A stretch of 45,009 nucleotides of DNA from a virus. Lineage: Duplodnaviria; Caudoviricetes. The position numbers and the translations under genes were made by a program. The first letter of the stretch is position 1. Every line of letters starts with the position of its first letter. Below are positions 44,639 through 45,009 of this stretch, one piece after another. The stretch is from IMG/VR virus record IMGVR_UViG_3300008255_000193, positions 1-45,009 of that record; one strand, 5' to 3'. The notes beneath the pieces were generated by a model. It ran no database searches, was not told the origin of the DNA, and worked only from the letters and a program-made list of their open reading frames with translations.

Positions 44639-45009
44639 CTCACGAAGAGTTCTACGAAAAGATCTATCGGCTGGCGTATATTGTCCGCTACAGTAATGTG
44701 CCTCGTGTCAAAGACGAGTCGGTTGCTGAGCACTCATTTTTCGTCGCTGCTATCACAATGAAGCTGCATGAAAAGTACGAGTTCGACATTGGCAAAGCGT
44801 TGCAGATCGCAGTTGCGCATGATATCCCAGAGTCAGAGACAAACGATATCTCTTGGGCGATCAAGCAGCGCTACCCAGCAATTCGCAATATGCTTGACAT
44901 CGCAGAGAAAGAGCTCGCTATGCGGATGCCAAAGACTGTGCAAGAAGGCATCCTCGGCTTTGCTGGCGATTCGGTAGAAGCGATGTTCGTCAAGATGGCT
45001 GACGCAATG
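44635..45009 (+). CDS. HD-domain deoxynucleotide phosphohydrolase (YfbR/DatZ-like), N-terminal part; continues at 124-249
   Basis: Read manually from ATG 44635 (ATGA overlap): MTHEEFYEKIYRLAYIVRYS...ESVAEHSFFV...AVAHDIPESETND; missed by the ORF track because it runs off the end. Confidence 0.9.
   Translation, partial: MTHEEFYEKIYRLAYIVRYSNVPRVKDESVAEHSFFVAAITMKLHEKYEFDIGKALQIAVAHDIPESETNDISWAIKQRYPAIRNMLDIAEKELAMRMPKTVQEGILGFAGDSVEAMFVKMADAM
44887..45009. repeat. Terminal direct repeat, copy 2
   Basis: Identical to 1-123. Confidence 0.95.

Noticed and set aside
39759-45009. 2-aminoadenine (Z) genome suggested by the DatZ-like HD protein and DpoZ-like PolA
   Set aside because: No PurZ/adenylosuccinate synthetase-like ORF is present in this apparently complete genome, and the partner enzymes point to pyrimidines

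Overview
The window is an apparently complete ~44.9-kb siphovirus-type dsDNA phage genome. Bases 1-123 are repeated at 44887-45009, so the unique circle is 44,886 bp and the junction splits an HD-domain gene. The minus strand (28115 down to 2227) carries the virion and lysis genes: terminases, portal-MuF fusion, HK97 protease and capsid, duplicated decoration-like genes, a tail with a lambda-type GGGAAAG frameshift, tape measure, several fibre/spike proteins, an M15 endolysin and a holin. It also carries a primase-helicase and an Sm/Hfq-like gene next to an iteron-rich origin candidate. The plus strand (31655 round the junction to 2160) carries early genes under five conserved promoters, a ligase, PolA, nucleases, an SNF2 helicase and a nucleotide-metabolism operon. 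No integrase, tRNA, CRISPR array or reverse transcriptase was seen. The strongest candidate for a new system is a glycosylated-pyrimidine DNA modification pathway: a T4 alpha-glucosyltransferase-like enzyme and a T4 gp56-like dCTPase/dUTPase are present, but there is no ThyA-type hydroxymethylase or TET. Instead there is a ThyX-fold flavoenzyme with a rewritten active site, plus NDT, HD and DUF6378 partners, and CC/GG dinucleotides look depleted. A second candidate is a ~75-nt structured antisense RNA with anti-Shine-Dalgarno sequence lying between the Sm/Hfq-like gene and the primase. A five-copy ~65-bp palindromic element also marks module boundaries. All family assignments come from motif recognition by eye and recalled reference sequences, not from database searches.
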